Virus record (IMG/VR): IMGVR_UViG_3300045988_036168
DNA length: 64,000 nucleotides
Reading direction: 5' to 3' (one strand)
Origin: a virus
Shown here one piece after another: positions 30,135 through 39,056 of this stretch. The translations under genes and the position numbers were made by a program. Each line of letters opens with the position of its first letter. Position 1 is the stretch's first letter. Below the pieces are notes generated by a model. The model was not told where the DNA came from. It was given only the letters and a program-made list of their open reading frames with translations, and made no database searches.

Positions 30135-31559
30135 TCAAATCAGGTTGCCGACGTTGAACGCCGTCTTCGTTTCGATCTCCGCAAATGCGTTGGCGCTTGC
30201 ATCGACCATATCCTTGAACTTTCCGTCTGGGAAGTTCTCAAGCTGCGTAAGATACACCTCGTTCCACTCGCCATACATGATGTCGAAGTTGCCTGCCTGC
30301 CATTGGGCGGCCATAGGCTCGGCTCTGGCCTCTTTACTGCCGCTTTCAGCGACGGCCGTAACGTCGAAGCCAGACAGGAACTTGATGTAGGACTCGGCCT
30401 GCTCTTTACCGGCTTGGCCGGGGTCTTTCGGCAGGCGGACTCGGACGCGCTTGTACGCCGCACGGTCTGCCTGAGCAGTCAGCTTTATCGTCTTTCGCAC
30501 ATCGGAGGCGTTCATCTGCTTGTTGATGACGTCCGCGATGACGTATCGGCCGTTCTTCCGCTTGCCCATCAGGACGCCAGCGGTATAGGCCGGGTCGCCG
30601 TTCTCGGTCTTCTCGGTTGCCGCCAAGTCCCAGCAGCGAACCCACTGGATGACGTCCTGCGGCATGATGGTCAGGATCTCGCCAAGCTGCGTTCTCTTGA
30701 AGAACAGGCCGGCGGCGGCCCTGATCTTCCAGTTGCCTTTGAGGAGTCGCTCGCGCTGGATGACCGACAGTGCCTTCAGGTTTGACAGGTAGCCGGGGTC
30801 GATGCGGAGCAGCTCTTGGTTGTCGTACACAGAAGACATGATGAACGTCACCGACTTCGGCTCGTTCTTCTCTTCCGGTGTGGTCAAATTGAAGCGTTCC
30901 CAGAGTTCCTCTCTGGTGTCCGCCCAGTAAACGACCTCGTCGCGCCGAATCATGTAGCGAATGAGGCCAGACCGCTCAGGGATGGGATAGCCGGTGTCTT
31001 GGTCGATCCACCATGCGATGAACTTCGCCACCCAGCTATCGGCGTCAGGGTTGCAGGTCGCTCGAACGAACGGCCTGACGCCGCAGGTCGAACGGTTACG
31101 GGACAGCATATAGAAGAAAATCTCCTCGCTGAAATGCGTCAGCTCGTCGAAGCCAATCTCGCAGATCTGAGCGCCCTGCCAGTTGTCCAGCTCCTCCGAA
31201 CGCTCGATGTGCGCGAAGGACACCTTGGAAACCTCGTTGCCGTCCTTATCCCGAAACGACCACGTGCCGTCCGAGATTTTCCGCTGTGCCCCGTTGATAC
31301 CGTGGTACATCTTCTGGGCTTCATCCCACAGGCCGCCTTGGGCGAAAATCTGCTTGTAGTTCTTCCTGAAGATCGTGCAGCCGAAGCCCTTGACATTCTT
31401 GTATCTCAATGCCGACAGCAGCAGGCCGTAGGTCTTGCCGCCACCGGCCGCTCCGCCGTAGATGCAGATGTCCGCAGGGGTCGCAAGAAACTTCTCTTGC
31501 GGGCCGAACTGCGGCTTCAGCACACGGACTTTTCTCTCAGGACTCTTGCTGGTCGCCAT
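30135..31559 (-). CDS. terL: terminase large subunit
   Basis: Walker A GGAAGGGKT; ATPase + nuclease layout; 474 aa. Confidence 0.9.
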   Translation of the reverse strand: MATSKSPERKVRVLKPQFGPQEKFLATPADICIYGGAAGGGKTYGLLLSALRYKNVKGFGCTIFRKNYKQIFAQGGLWDEAQKMYHGINGAQRKISDGTWSFRDKDGNEVSKVSFAHIERSEELDNWQGAQICEIGFDELTHFSEEIFFYMLSRNRSTCGVRPFVRATCNPDADSWVAKFIAWWIDQDTGYPIPERSGLIRYMIRRDEVVYWADTREELWERFNLTTPEEKNEPKSVTFIMSSVYDNQELLRIDPGYLSNLKALSVIQRERLLKGNWKIRAAAGLFFKRTQLGEILTIMPQDVIQWVRCWDLAATEKTENGDPAYTAGVLMGKRKNGRYVIADVINKQMNASDVRKTIKLTAQADRAAYKRVRVRLPKDPGQAGKEQAESYIKFLSGFDVTAVAESGSKEARAEPMAAQWQAGNFDIMYGEWNEVYLTQLENFPDGKFKDMVDASANAFAEIETKTAFNVGNLI

Positions 31560-32013
31560 CGTCCCTGCCGTTTGCGGGGAGATAGATCAGAACATCTTCG
31601 GAATCATCGCCGGCGGAGAGGGCGACTTCCTGCCGCTGCGCCCACTGGGTACGCTTGCGGTTGTTCAGCCAATACATAATTGCCATAGTGTCTGGCACTA
31701 TGTTCTTCGTCGTGTTCTTGATGCGGACGGGCTTCGGGTTGCCATCCTTATCCATGTCGATTGTTTTCTCGGTGTCGGTAATCTGGTAGCCCAAAGCCCT
31801 TTGATAAAGTGCCTTCTCGACCTTAGAGTCGGCGATGTTCTTTCCTCGCTCGACTGCGTCGTTCAGGCTCTCATGCTCCTGCTTCCAGCGAATAAAGGTG
31901 CGCGTCGAGATGCCGAAAGCCTCGGCAATCTCGTCGTTCGTGGCTCCCTTGATTGCCAGCGACCAAGCCCAATCGTCGTGGTATTCGGGATTGTACTTGC
32001 TGAGGGCCGGCAT
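31537..32013 (-). CDS. terS: terminase small subunit
   Basis: HTH-type GATNDEIAEAFGISTRTFIRWK; overlaps terL start. Confidence 0.7.
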   Translation of the reverse strand: MPALSKYNPEYHDDWAWSLAIKGATNDEIAEAFGISTRTFIRWKQEHESLNDAVERGKNIADSKVEKALYQRALGYQITDTEKTIDMDKDGNPKPVRIKNTTKNIVPDTMAIMYWLNNRKRTQWAQRQEVALSAGDDSEDVLIYLPANGRDDGDQQES

Positions 32014-32023
32014 ATCACATCAC

Positions 32024-32935
32024 TCACTTTCCTGCCAGATATTCGGTGGCAAGCATTTCGATCAACTGCCAGCGGTTCTTGCTCGTGATGGCACCGTCCT
32101 TCTCGGCCTTCTTGATGGCCTTCGTAATGGTAGCTGCAGACTCCGCAGGGATGGCGTTGCTGCCGAAAATCTTCGTCAGATACGTCCACTCCTCGTCGTC
32201 CTTGAAGCCGACCTCGTCCATCTTCTCCGTGACGCTCTCGATCATGGAGTGGATGGCGGCGCCGACGTTGCGGATGTCGGAGAACTTCTGGTAGCGGGCC
32301 AGCGCCTCGATGAACTGCTTGCACTGCTCGTAGGGCGCGACACCGATAATCTCAGGTGCCGAGGACTCAAGATTCTTCACCAGCGCATCCATGTCCTTCA
32401 CCTGATGCGGCAGGAACGAAAACGTGATGTTCTTGAAGTCGAAATGCACCGCCGGGGACAGCAGCTTATCGTACTGCTCCAGAGGCTCCTCCATGATGTC
32501 CTTGCCGATGAAGCTCTCCAGCATATCATCCACGTCGTCGAGCATCTTGCAGATCTCGCGCAGGATGGACGGGTCATCGAAACCGCTGATGGCGTTGTGT
32601 GCCAACTGCTTCGATGCGATCTTGGAGCGGGACAGGCCGCTCACGTCGATGATGGCGATAATCTCCTTCATGCCGGCGGCGCGGGCGCTCTTGATGCGGT
32701 GGTGGCCGGAGATAATCTCCAGAACGCCGTCTTTCTCCACCAGCAGGGGCAGGCTCTCAAGCTGGCCGCGGTTCTTGATGTTCGCGGTGAGCTGATCCTG
32801 CATTTCCTTCCTCATGATGCGGGCGTTGATGTCCTGCTCCCGCACCTTATCAAGCTGGACTTTGGCGATAATCAGGCCGGTGCCCATGTCGTAAATCTTC
32901 TCGTAGCTCATTGCTGTGCTCTCTTCTGCTGCCAT
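32024..32935 (-). CDS. ParB-like nuclease-domain protein
   Basis: Start MAAEEST (RBS GAGGAGGGAG); GHHRIKSARAAG ParB/Srx motif. Confidence 0.75.
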   Translation of the reverse strand: MAAEESTAMSYEKIYDMGTGLIIAKVQLDKVREQDINARIMRKEMQDQLTANIKNRGQLESLPLLVEKDGVLEIISGHHRIKSARAAGMKEIIAIIDVSGLSRSKIASKQLAHNAISGFDDPSILREICKMLDDVDDMLESFIGKDIMEEPLEQYDKLLSPAVHFDFKNITFSFLPHQVKDMDALVKNLESSAPEIIGVAPYEQCKQFIEALARYQKFSDIRNVGAAIHSMIESVTEKMDEVGFKDDEEWTYLTKIFGSNAIPAESAATITKAIKKAEKDGAITSKNRWQLIEMLATEYLAGK

Positions 32936-34302
32936 TGTTTCTCCCTCCTCAGCCATTCGGCCAACGTAGCCTTCTCGTCACGGCCAGCCACAAGGGCGGC
33001 CTCATAGGTCAGCTTGTACCCGTTCTTCGCGTCCTCCTGCCGGTTGACCAGCTTCATGATGCCGCGAACCTCTTTGTTCTCGGCGTACTTCGTGAGCATG
33101 GCTGTACGCATCTTCGTGACCTTCTCTTGGTCGATGTCGTCGAGCAGCGTGTCCACGAAGCTCTGGTTCTGGGCCAGCATATAGCAGAGACGGCCGAGGC
33201 GGTACAGCTTGTGCGGTGCCTTCATGACGTACCACACAAAGATGGAGTCCGCAGCCATCTTCGAGATGCCGAAGACCGCGGCCACATAGCCGTCGATCAG
33301 GACAGCACGGTTGTAGGTCGCCTGCGAGCCTACGAAGTTGTGCGTCCAGAGCATCCGGTAATACTGCGCGTTGGCGCCGGCGATCTGGATAATTCGGATG
33401 TCGCTGTCCTCTGTGATCTCATAGTCGAGCGGGAGCATACTGCATTTCAGAGGCTCCAGCTTGCCCTCCTGCGGGCGCTTGATTTTCTTCCCTTTGGCAA
33501 GGGCCACGGCTTCCTCTTCCCTGTTCGTCGTGATGTACGAGTTCAGGTCGGCGCGTGTCCCAGAGCGGGCAAAGATGGTGTGGCCGACGGCCTCACCTGC
33601 CCGTTTCTCCTGATAGCACAGGAGCAGAGCGGGAGCGTCCATCATCATGTCATAGAGCTGCTGATGGCCGGTCTCAGGGTCGAACATACCGTAGGGTGGC
33701 TCTTTCCAAGTCATCTTTCCCTGCGTGTCGTAGAACTTCTCATAGCCGGCGAAATACGTCGGCGGATTCGCCACGATGATCGTATGCGGGTCGTCCTTCA
33801 CCTCACGGAGATGATCCCACATATCCAGCGGGCGGTAGCTCATACCACCGAGCAGGCTCTTCGTGGCCTCAAGCTGTCGGCGTATGCTCTCGATGTGCTC
33901 TTCACGCCTGTCGTGCAGGTCGCGCAGGATGTTGTGGAAATACTCGTTCCCTGCGCTCTTCGATGTCCGCAGATAGATTTGCGCGTACAGAGCTACGGCC
34001 GGGTCTAACAGCTCTTCATCGGAGAAGCCCTGCGCGTGGATCTGCAGCGGTTCGAGAGACTGGCCCGTGATGGCGTAGCCCATCACCGAGGTCATCATGT
34101 TCACGTCGCTGGTTTCGATCTGCTCAGGCTTGAACCCCGACTGGACTGCCAGATTCGCCATAGCGAATGTACCGGCGCATGGCTCTACGAACCGCGTGTA
34201 CCCAGAACGCCGAGCGGTCTTAATGAGCTCAATCAAAAACTTCTGCTCAACACCGTTCAGGCACCCGAGGAACATCGCTCCGGGGTCCATAAAAAACGCC
34301 AT
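32908..34302 (-). CDS. DNA methyltransferase, Dam-like (N6-A or N4-C class)
   Basis: Motif I-like FVEPCAGTFA and motif IV-like IIVANPPTYF; paired with ParB-like gene. Confidence 0.5.
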   Translation of the reverse strand: MAFFMDPGAMFLGCLNGVEQKFLIELIKTARRSGYTRFVEPCAGTFAMANLAVQSGFKPEQIETSDVNMMTSVMGYAITGQSLEPLQIHAQGFSDEELLDPAVALYAQIYLRTSKSAGNEYFHNILRDLHDRREEHIESIRRQLEATKSLLGGMSYRPLDMWDHLREVKDDPHTIIVANPPTYFAGYEKFYDTQGKMTWKEPPYGMFDPETGHQQLYDMMMDAPALLLCYQEKRAGEAVGHTIFARSGTRADLNSYITTNREEEAVALAKGKKIKRPQEGKLEPLKCSMLPLDYEITEDSDIRIIQIAGANAQYYRMLWTHNFVGSQATYNRAVLIDGYVAAVFGISKMAADSIFVWYVMKAPHKLYRLGRLCYMLAQNQSFVDTLLDDIDQEKVTKMRTAMLTKYAENKEVRGIMKLVNRQEDAKNGYKLTYEAALVAGRDEKATLAEWLRREKQWQQKRAQQ

Positions 34303-34384
34303 TGTACTGACCTCCTATCGGTTTCGAGAACACGAAAAAGAGGCGGCGGCCTTGCGGTCGTCACCTCTCAGTCGCGGTCTTCAC

Positions 34385-35056
34385 TTACATCTCGTCGATC
34401 AGCTTATCGACGATGTCCAGACAGGTCATCGCTGTCCTGCCCTTCTCATTCCAGTATTCCGCAGCGCCACCCCTAACGCTGTCGGCTACCGTTTTCACCA
34501 TCAGGCACGGAACGTCGTTGCGGTCGCAGGTCAGCAGGATCGCCGCCGCTTCCATATCGCACACATCCGCGCCGAACTCTTTGTTGAGCCAGAGCTTTTC
34601 CTCGGCCTTGCCCATGAACTTATCGCCAGAGGCGCAGCACACATGACGCAGGTTCGGGAACACTCGGCTTGCCATCTCCATAAGCCGTTCATCGGTCTGG
34701 AGCCGCCAGTCTGGGTACTCCATGTATTGACCAACAGGCACACCGTCCACGTCGGATAGGTCGTACTGCCAATGCACCACGCAGTCAACGAGGCAAGGCT
34801 CGTCGGCCATCAGGTCTTCTCTGCAGCCTCCCACTACGCCGTAATTAAGAACCGCAGCGACTTCGTAGCGGTCGATAAGGTATTGTGTTGCGGCGGCCGC
34901 GAAAATCTCACCTGCGCCGCTATACAGGGCGTAGACTTGGCTTTTGGCGGTTTGATAAAGCACTGTGCCGTAGCCGTCGTTCAAATCGTAGCCTTCGCCG
35001 TATTTCTGGCGCATGGCCTCTTCCTCGACCGCTACGATCAGTCCGATCTTCCTCAT
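34385..35056 (-). CDS. mtnN: 5'-methylthioadenosine/S-adenosylhomocysteine nucleosidase
   Basis: Start MRKIGLIVAVEEEA (RBS GAGGAG); SGAGEIFAAAAT, SGDKF, DMEAAAI patterns of the PNP_UDP_1/Pfs family. Confidence 0.75.
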   Translation of the reverse strand: MRKIGLIVAVEEEAMRQKYGEGYDLNDGYGTVLYQTAKSQVYALYSGAGEIFAAAATQYLIDRYEVAAVLNYGVVGGCREDLMADEPCLVDCVVHWQYDLSDVDGVPVGQYMEYPDWRLQTDERLMEMASRVFPNLRHVCCASGDKFMGKAEEKLWLNKEFGADVCDMEAAAILLTCDRNDVPCLMVKTVADSVRGGAAEYWNEKGRTAMTCLDIVDKLIDEM

Positions 35057-35072
35057 GGAGTCACTCCTCGAT

Positions 35073-35108
35073 GCAAGAGAAAAGGCAGCCGGTTCGCCGA
35101 CTGCCTTT
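35073..35108 (-). terminator. rho-independent terminator closing the tRNA-like array
   Basis: AAAGGCAG-12 nt-CTGCCTTT stem, then UUCUCUU on minus strand; only ~17 nt upstream of the mtnN start codon. Confidence 0.55.
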
Positions 35109-35117
35109 CTCGTATTC

Positions 35118-35191
35118 TGGACCGGGCCCCAGCTTGCGAGGCTGGAACGCCTGCCGGGGAGGCAGGAATGATGCACTTTCACCAAGCCCGG
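35118..35191 (-). tRNA. non-canonical tRNA-Gly-like element A (anticodon-position CCC), CCA encoded
   Basis: Cloverleaf CCGGGCU-UG-GUGA-AAGUGCA-UCAU-U-CCUGC-CUCCCCG-GCAGG-CGUU-CCAGC-CUCGCAA-GCUGG-GGCCCGG-U-CCA; no G18G19, no T-Psi-C-type loop. Confidence 0.5.
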
Positions 35192-35194
35192 ATA

Positions 35195-35267
35195 TGGACC
35201 GGGAATCCGCTTACGGGGCGGAAACTCTCGACAGGATGCCGAGCGTGATACCTTTCGCTATTCCCGG
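35195..35267 (-). tRNA. non-canonical tRNA-Gly-like element C (anticodon-position UCC), CCA encoded
   Basis: CCGGGAA-UA-GCGA-AAGGUA-UCAC-G-CUCGG-CAUCCUG-UCGAG-AGUU-UCCGC-CCCGUAA-GCGGA-UUCCCGG-U-CCA; A at position 33. Confidence 0.45.
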
Positions 35268-35292
35268 ATGTTGCCCCGATGGTCGGGGCCTA

Positions 35293-35369
35293 TGGCACGG
35301 ACGGTTGGGAATCGAACCCACCACACGCGGTTTTGGAGACCGTGTCGCCACCTTGGGACATTCGCCCGT
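35293..35369 (-). tRNA. tRNA-Trp(CCA)-like, irregular
   Basis: ACGGGCG..CUCCAAA loop..GGUUCGAUUCC..CGUCCGU-G-CCA; A1:U72, G73, canonical T-loop and GG in D-loop; only 4 clean bp in anticodon stem and a G.A mismatch in T-stem. Confidence 0.55.
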
Positions 35370-35372
35370 ATA

Positions 35373-35446
35373 TGGACCGGAACCCTACTTGCGAGGTAGG
35401 AACTCCCTCAAGGATAGAGGGCGTGATGCTCTTTCACCAGTTCCGG
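35373..35446 (-). tRNA. non-canonical tRNA-Gly-like element B (anticodon-position UCC), CCA encoded
   Basis: CCGGAAC-UG-GUGA-AAGAGCA-UCAC-G-CCCUC-UAUCCUU-GAGGG-AGUU-CCUAC-CUCGCAA-GUAGG-GUUCCGG-U-CCA; all stems perfect. Confidence 0.5.
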
Positions 35447-35454
35447 GTATCTGA

Positions 35455-35611
35455 TGTGCGGGCGGGGATTTGTCACCCCGCATAGCACAGGCAGCGTACA
35501 ACGTGCTTTCTTCCCGTCCGAGGTAGCTACTTAACCCCAATAGGTCTGCGTTCTGTTGTGCCCTTCTGCGCCGCATACCCTTGCTGCGTCTACCTATTCC
35601 GCCACCGCACA
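35455..35611 (-). ncRNA. 157-nt tRNA-flavoured element (Leu-type D-arm, T-arm-like 3' end, unresolved ~105-nt core)
   Basis: 5' UGUGCGG-UG-GCGGAAUAGGUAGACGC (class II tRNA D-arm) and 3' GCGGGG-UGACAAAU-CCCCGC-CCGCACA close a 7-bp acceptor-like helix; no anticodon arm found by eye. Confidence 0.3.
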
Positions 35612-35626
35612 TCACCGGCCTGCCGG

Positions 35627-36082
35627 TTACAGCAGGCTCAGTTGCTCAACTTTCTCTTCAGGCGGTTTTGCCGCCTTAGGCTGCTTCAAAGCGTCAGTCT
35701 CAGGCATCTCCTCGATGACCTCGCCGGTGTGGGCCAGCCACCACTCCGCAAACAACGTGCGGTGGCACCAGTTCTCAGGCTTACGGATGTCCTCAAAGCA
35801 GAGCAGAACCAGCTTCTTGTCCTCCTCCTGAGCCTTGGCGTCAAGCCGCTGGACGATGCCGATAATCTTATCGACGCCGATCTTATCCAGCTTCTTGAAA
35901 TACTCGGCCTTGTACTCCTCATAGCCCAGCTTCAGCATATCGTACCGCGGAGCCAGCGCGTAGCACTGTTCACGGATCTCGTACCCAGTTGAAAATCTGG
36001 GCTTGCCGACGCTGATGCCGACGGGATAATACCCATCGTTTCGGAGTTCCTTGTTGCTATACCGACCTGTCATAATTGCCAT
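35627..36082 (-). CDS. DUF488-family protein
   Basis: LVLLCFEDIRKPENWCHRTLFAEWW matches DUF488 LLC.E....CHR signature; RBS AGGAGG. Confidence 0.65.
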   Translation of the reverse strand: MAIMTGRYSNKELRNDGYYPVGISVGKPRFSTGYEIREQCYALAPRYDMLKLGYEEYKAEYFKKLDKIGVDKIIGIVQRLDAKAQEEDKKLVLLCFEDIRKPENWCHRTLFAEWWLAHTGEVIEEMPETDALKQPKAAKPPEEKVEQLSLL

Positions 36083-36110
36083 GTGATTGCCTCCTGAATA
36101 TCTTTACTTT

Positions 36111-36138
36111 ATTGTACCATACGGCCTACCTAAAGCAA
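36111..36138 (-). promoter_or_regulatory. sigma-70-type promoter upstream of DUF488/tRNA-like array
   Basis: Minus strand TTGCTT - 16 nt - TGgTACAAT (extended -10). Confidence 0.5.
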
Positions 36139-36368
36139 GGTTTTACGGTGTCGCTACGCATTTTTGTGACCTTGTTCGGATGCCTCGCGCCTCGCTGTGG
36201 CAGGCTGTGAAATCCCTTTTTAGGGGTGACACATACCCAGCCGATGGCCCTCCGCCTCACCGTTCCGCCGTCGTGGCGTTTTCGATGCAGGTTTCAGGCC
36301 CTCAGGCGCCGTGTGGTTGTGATACTCAGGGGTTCTCACCAAGCAGCGCCTTGCTGGGTCTGTTGCGC

Positions 36369-37538
36369 TTACTTGATGGCTTCGAGCAGCTTCTCCGCGG
36401 TGTCCGTCTGCTCCCAAGTACGCTCCTCGCCGATGACGTTGCCGAAGTGTCCGTAGGCGGAAGTGTTCTTGTAGACGGGCTTGCGAAGGTCAAGCCAGTT
36501 GATAATGCCTCTGGGGGTCAGATCATAGACGGCCTCGACGGCGTCGCAGATCTTATCCTCGGCGTACTTGCCGGTGCCGTAGGTATCGACTCGGATGCTC
36601 ACGGGCTGCGGTACACCGATTGCATAGGCGAGCTGGACCTGACACTTATCAGCGATTCCGGCAGCCACGATGTTCTTTGCGATGTGGCGGGCTGCATACG
36701 CTGCAGAGCGGTCAACCTTGGTGGGGTCTTTACCAGAGAAGGCGCCACCACCGTGCGCGGCATAGCCGCCGTAGGTGTCAACGATGATCTTACGTCCGGT
36801 GAGGCCCGAGTCCGCGGCAGGGCCACCCTTGACAAATCGGCCCGTGGGATTGATGAACAGGCTGTAAGTGACCACGTCCATATCAGGCCGATAGGTCAGC
36901 AGTTCGTCGAGGACAGGCTTGATGACGTGTTTCTGCAGGGGTTCGATCAGATCCTCCGGGGCAACACATTCCTCATGCTGGGTAGAGATGACGACGGTGT
37001 CAACCCGTACCGGGTTGCCCCCCTCGTCATACTCCACCGTTACCTGTGTCTTGCCATCGGGGAGGATGTGAGGGATCGTGCCATCCTTTCTCTTCTTCAT
37101 CAGCAGGTATGCCATCTTATTCGCCAGCGTGATAGGCAGGGGCATCAGATCCGGTGTCTCGTTACAGGCGTAGCCGAACATCATTCCCTGATCCCCCGCT
37201 CCGCCGACTCCATCGTTGGTTCCCATTGCGATGTCGGGACTCTGCTCGTCGATAGCTACCATCACCGCGCAGGTGTTGCCGTCAAATCCCGCCTTGGGGC
37301 TGTCATAGCCGATGTCCTTCAGGACGCCGCGGGCGATACCGGCAAAGTCGATGTAGTGCTCCGTGCTGATCTCGCCCATGACCAGCACCATGCCGGTCGT
37401 GCAGCAGGTCTCGCAGGCCACACGGCCATTCGGGTCATGCTTCATGACCTCGTCGAGCACTGCGTCAGAGATGCGGTCGCACACTTTATCGGGATGGCCT
37501 TCCGTGACCGATTCCGAAGTGAAGAGTATCTTGCTCAT
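36369..37538 (-). CDS. metK: S-adenosylmethionine synthetase
   Basis: [22 protein letters not shown] and full-length MetK pattern (389 aa). Confidence 0.95.
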   Translation of the reverse strand: MSKILFTSESVTEGHPDKVCDRISDAVLDEVMKHDPNGRVACETCCTTGMVLVMGEISTEHYIDFAGIARGVLKDIGYDSPKAGFDGNTCAVMVAIDEQSPDIAMGTNDGVGGAGDQGMMFGYACNETPDLMPLPITLANKMAYLLMKKRKDGTIPHILPDGKTQVTVEYDEGGNPVRVDTVVISTQHEECVAPEDLIEPLQKHVIKPVLDELLTYRPDMDVVTYSLFINPTGRFVKGGPAADSGLTGRKIIVDTYGGYAAHGGGAFSGKDPTKVDRSAAYAARHIAKNIVAAGIADKCQVQLAYAIGVPQPVSIRVDTYGTGKYAEDKICDAVEAVYDLTPRGIINWLDLRKPVYKNTSAYGHFGNVIGEERTWEQTDTAEKLLEAIK

Positions 37539-37722
37539 GCGTTGAACCTCCTTGTTGTCTTTCCGTTTCGTCTGGATTTCTTGTCACCCTCGGACTCTCC
37601 AGATTTTCTATGCTACACGATAATACAGGTTGATGGTGAACTTCAATCCCGTTCGCTCCCCATCAATTCTTGTTACTCTCTTTTTGTCTCTTTTCCTGTC
37701 TTTTACTCCCCGATACAGGTAT

Positions 37723-38010
37723 TCAAATGCGCTCACGGTGGACGGCTTCGCCGTGGAAGCAACACCCGCAGTAAACCCAGACGCCATCCTTGAAGGCGAA
37801 CGTCATAAACGTCGGGCGCCAGCGGCCATTCTCGTCTACCATGTGGTCGTATGCCTCGCCCACCTGCAGATACCCGCTCGACATGGATGCGGGCGGGACG
37901 CAGTCGCGGAAGTCATTGACAATCTGCTCGTCCACGGTGTCTCCGGGCTGTGCCGCTTTGTAGAAGTCCCCGGCCGCCGCCCAAACCTCCCGAGTGATGT
38001 GTTTGCTCAT
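37723..38010 (-). CDS. hypothetical protein
   Basis: 95 aa, co-oriented, overlaps upstream stop. Confidence 0.45.
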   Translation of the reverse strand: MSKHITREVWAAAGDFYKAAQPGDTVDEQIVNDFRDCVPPASMSSGYLQVGEAYDHMVDENGRWRPTFMTFAFKDGVWVYCGCCFHGEAVHRERI

Positions 38011-38534
38011 GCCTTATCCTCCTTGATGTAGTTTTCATTGAGCCAGTCGATCCATCCAGAGATACCTCCGCAGGCGTCCAGCACGTCATCCGCGTCATCC
38101 ACGATGCTCGATCCGTGCCAATGCCCCTTCGGGTCTTTCACGAATGCCTCGATCCAGCTATTGTTCTCAAATGCCACCTTGTTCTCAGCCGTTTCGTCTG
38201 CGTTGAGGGCGTCCCACAGCTCCGCGTCGCTCTTGAAGGTAGTCCTCAGAGTGTCAGATGCCGCCATGTTCATCGCGCCGGTGTTCTGCTTGTTCTTATA
38301 CAGGAAATCGTGGCCGTTCATGAAGCCGACGATCTCGACGTCTCCATGTACCTCGACGGACACCTCATAGCCCTTGTATCTCAGGCCACCGATATGGCCG
38401 CCGTACCACACGCAATCGAGGTGGTCATCGTCAATGAAAATGCTCTCCTCGGTCAGAAGCTCCGCGCCGAACGCCTTCGCGTCGGCCTGCATCTTGCGGT
38501 AGCGCCGCTCGATCTTATGCCGGCTCATAGCCAT
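38007..38534 (-). CDS. hypothetical protein
   Basis: 175 aa, co-oriented. Confidence 0.45.
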   Translation of the reverse strand: MAMSRHKIERRYRKMQADAKAFGAELLTEESIFIDDDHLDCVWYGGHIGGLRYKGYEVSVEVHGDVEIVGFMNGHDFLYKNKQNTGAMNMAASDTLRTTFKSDAELWDALNADETAENKVAFENNSWIEAFVKDPKGHWHGSSIVDDADDVLDACGGISGWIDWLNENYIKEDKA

Positions 38535-39055
38535 CTCTCCTTCACCATCATATAGGCGTACACCGCCTTAACAGTTTCCTCCAGATTGCGGTTGCTGAAC
38601 CACGCATCCGCCATGACGTGCAGGTCCTCAAACTCCTTGGCATCGAACTGCAAGCGCTCTTTCACCGCCTCCGGTGCATCTCCGCGTTCGAGCATTCTCT
38701 CAGTTCTCTCCTCCTGTGGGGCATAGATGGCAATGACTACCACCTCTTTGCTGCCGGAATATCTCTCCCACATATACCGGATTCCAGCGGGGTCGATCAC
38801 ATAGATGTCGTTCTCCTCAATGACAGACTCCGGTACGCCGTAGCGGTAGCCGTTGTAAAGCGTAAACGCGCACATCTTGCCAGCCGCATCGAACTGCTCG
38901 GGCGTAACGAAGATATGGCCGGGTTCGCCATCGAAACGGGGCGGGCGCTCCGTGTATGACCAAACTTCCTTCAGGCCGTACCTCTGCGTCAGCTCGCGGG
39001 CGACGCTGGATTTTCCAGAACCGGACGGGCCGGCAAGCAGGTAGATGTTTTTCAT
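38525..39055 (-). CDS. guanylate-kinase-like P-loop kinase
   Basis: Walker A GPSGSGKS near N-terminus; 176 aa. Confidence 0.6.
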   Translation of the reverse strand: MKNIYLLAGPSGSGKSSVARELTQRYGLKEVWSYTERPPRFDGEPGHIFVTPEQFDAAGKMCAFTLYNGYRYGVPESVIEENDIYVIDPAGIRYMWERYSGSKEVVVIAIYAPQEERTERMLERGDAPEAVKERLQFDAKEFEDLHVMADAWFSNRNLEETVKAVYAYMMVKERWL

Positions 39056-39056
39056 T

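Noticed and set aside
35455-35611. Element X as a tmRNA or intron-containing tRNA-Leu
   Set aside because: It is too short for a tmRNA (no tag ORF or pseudoknots) and too short for a group I intron. It is kept only as an unresolved tRNA-flavoured RNA.
37539-37722. SAM riboswitch (S-box or SMK-type) in the metK leader
   Set aside because: I could not match the S-box core (GAGGGA..GGCCC..GCAACC..GGTGCTAA) or an SD-sequestering SMK fold by eye. It needs a covariance-model scan before any claim.
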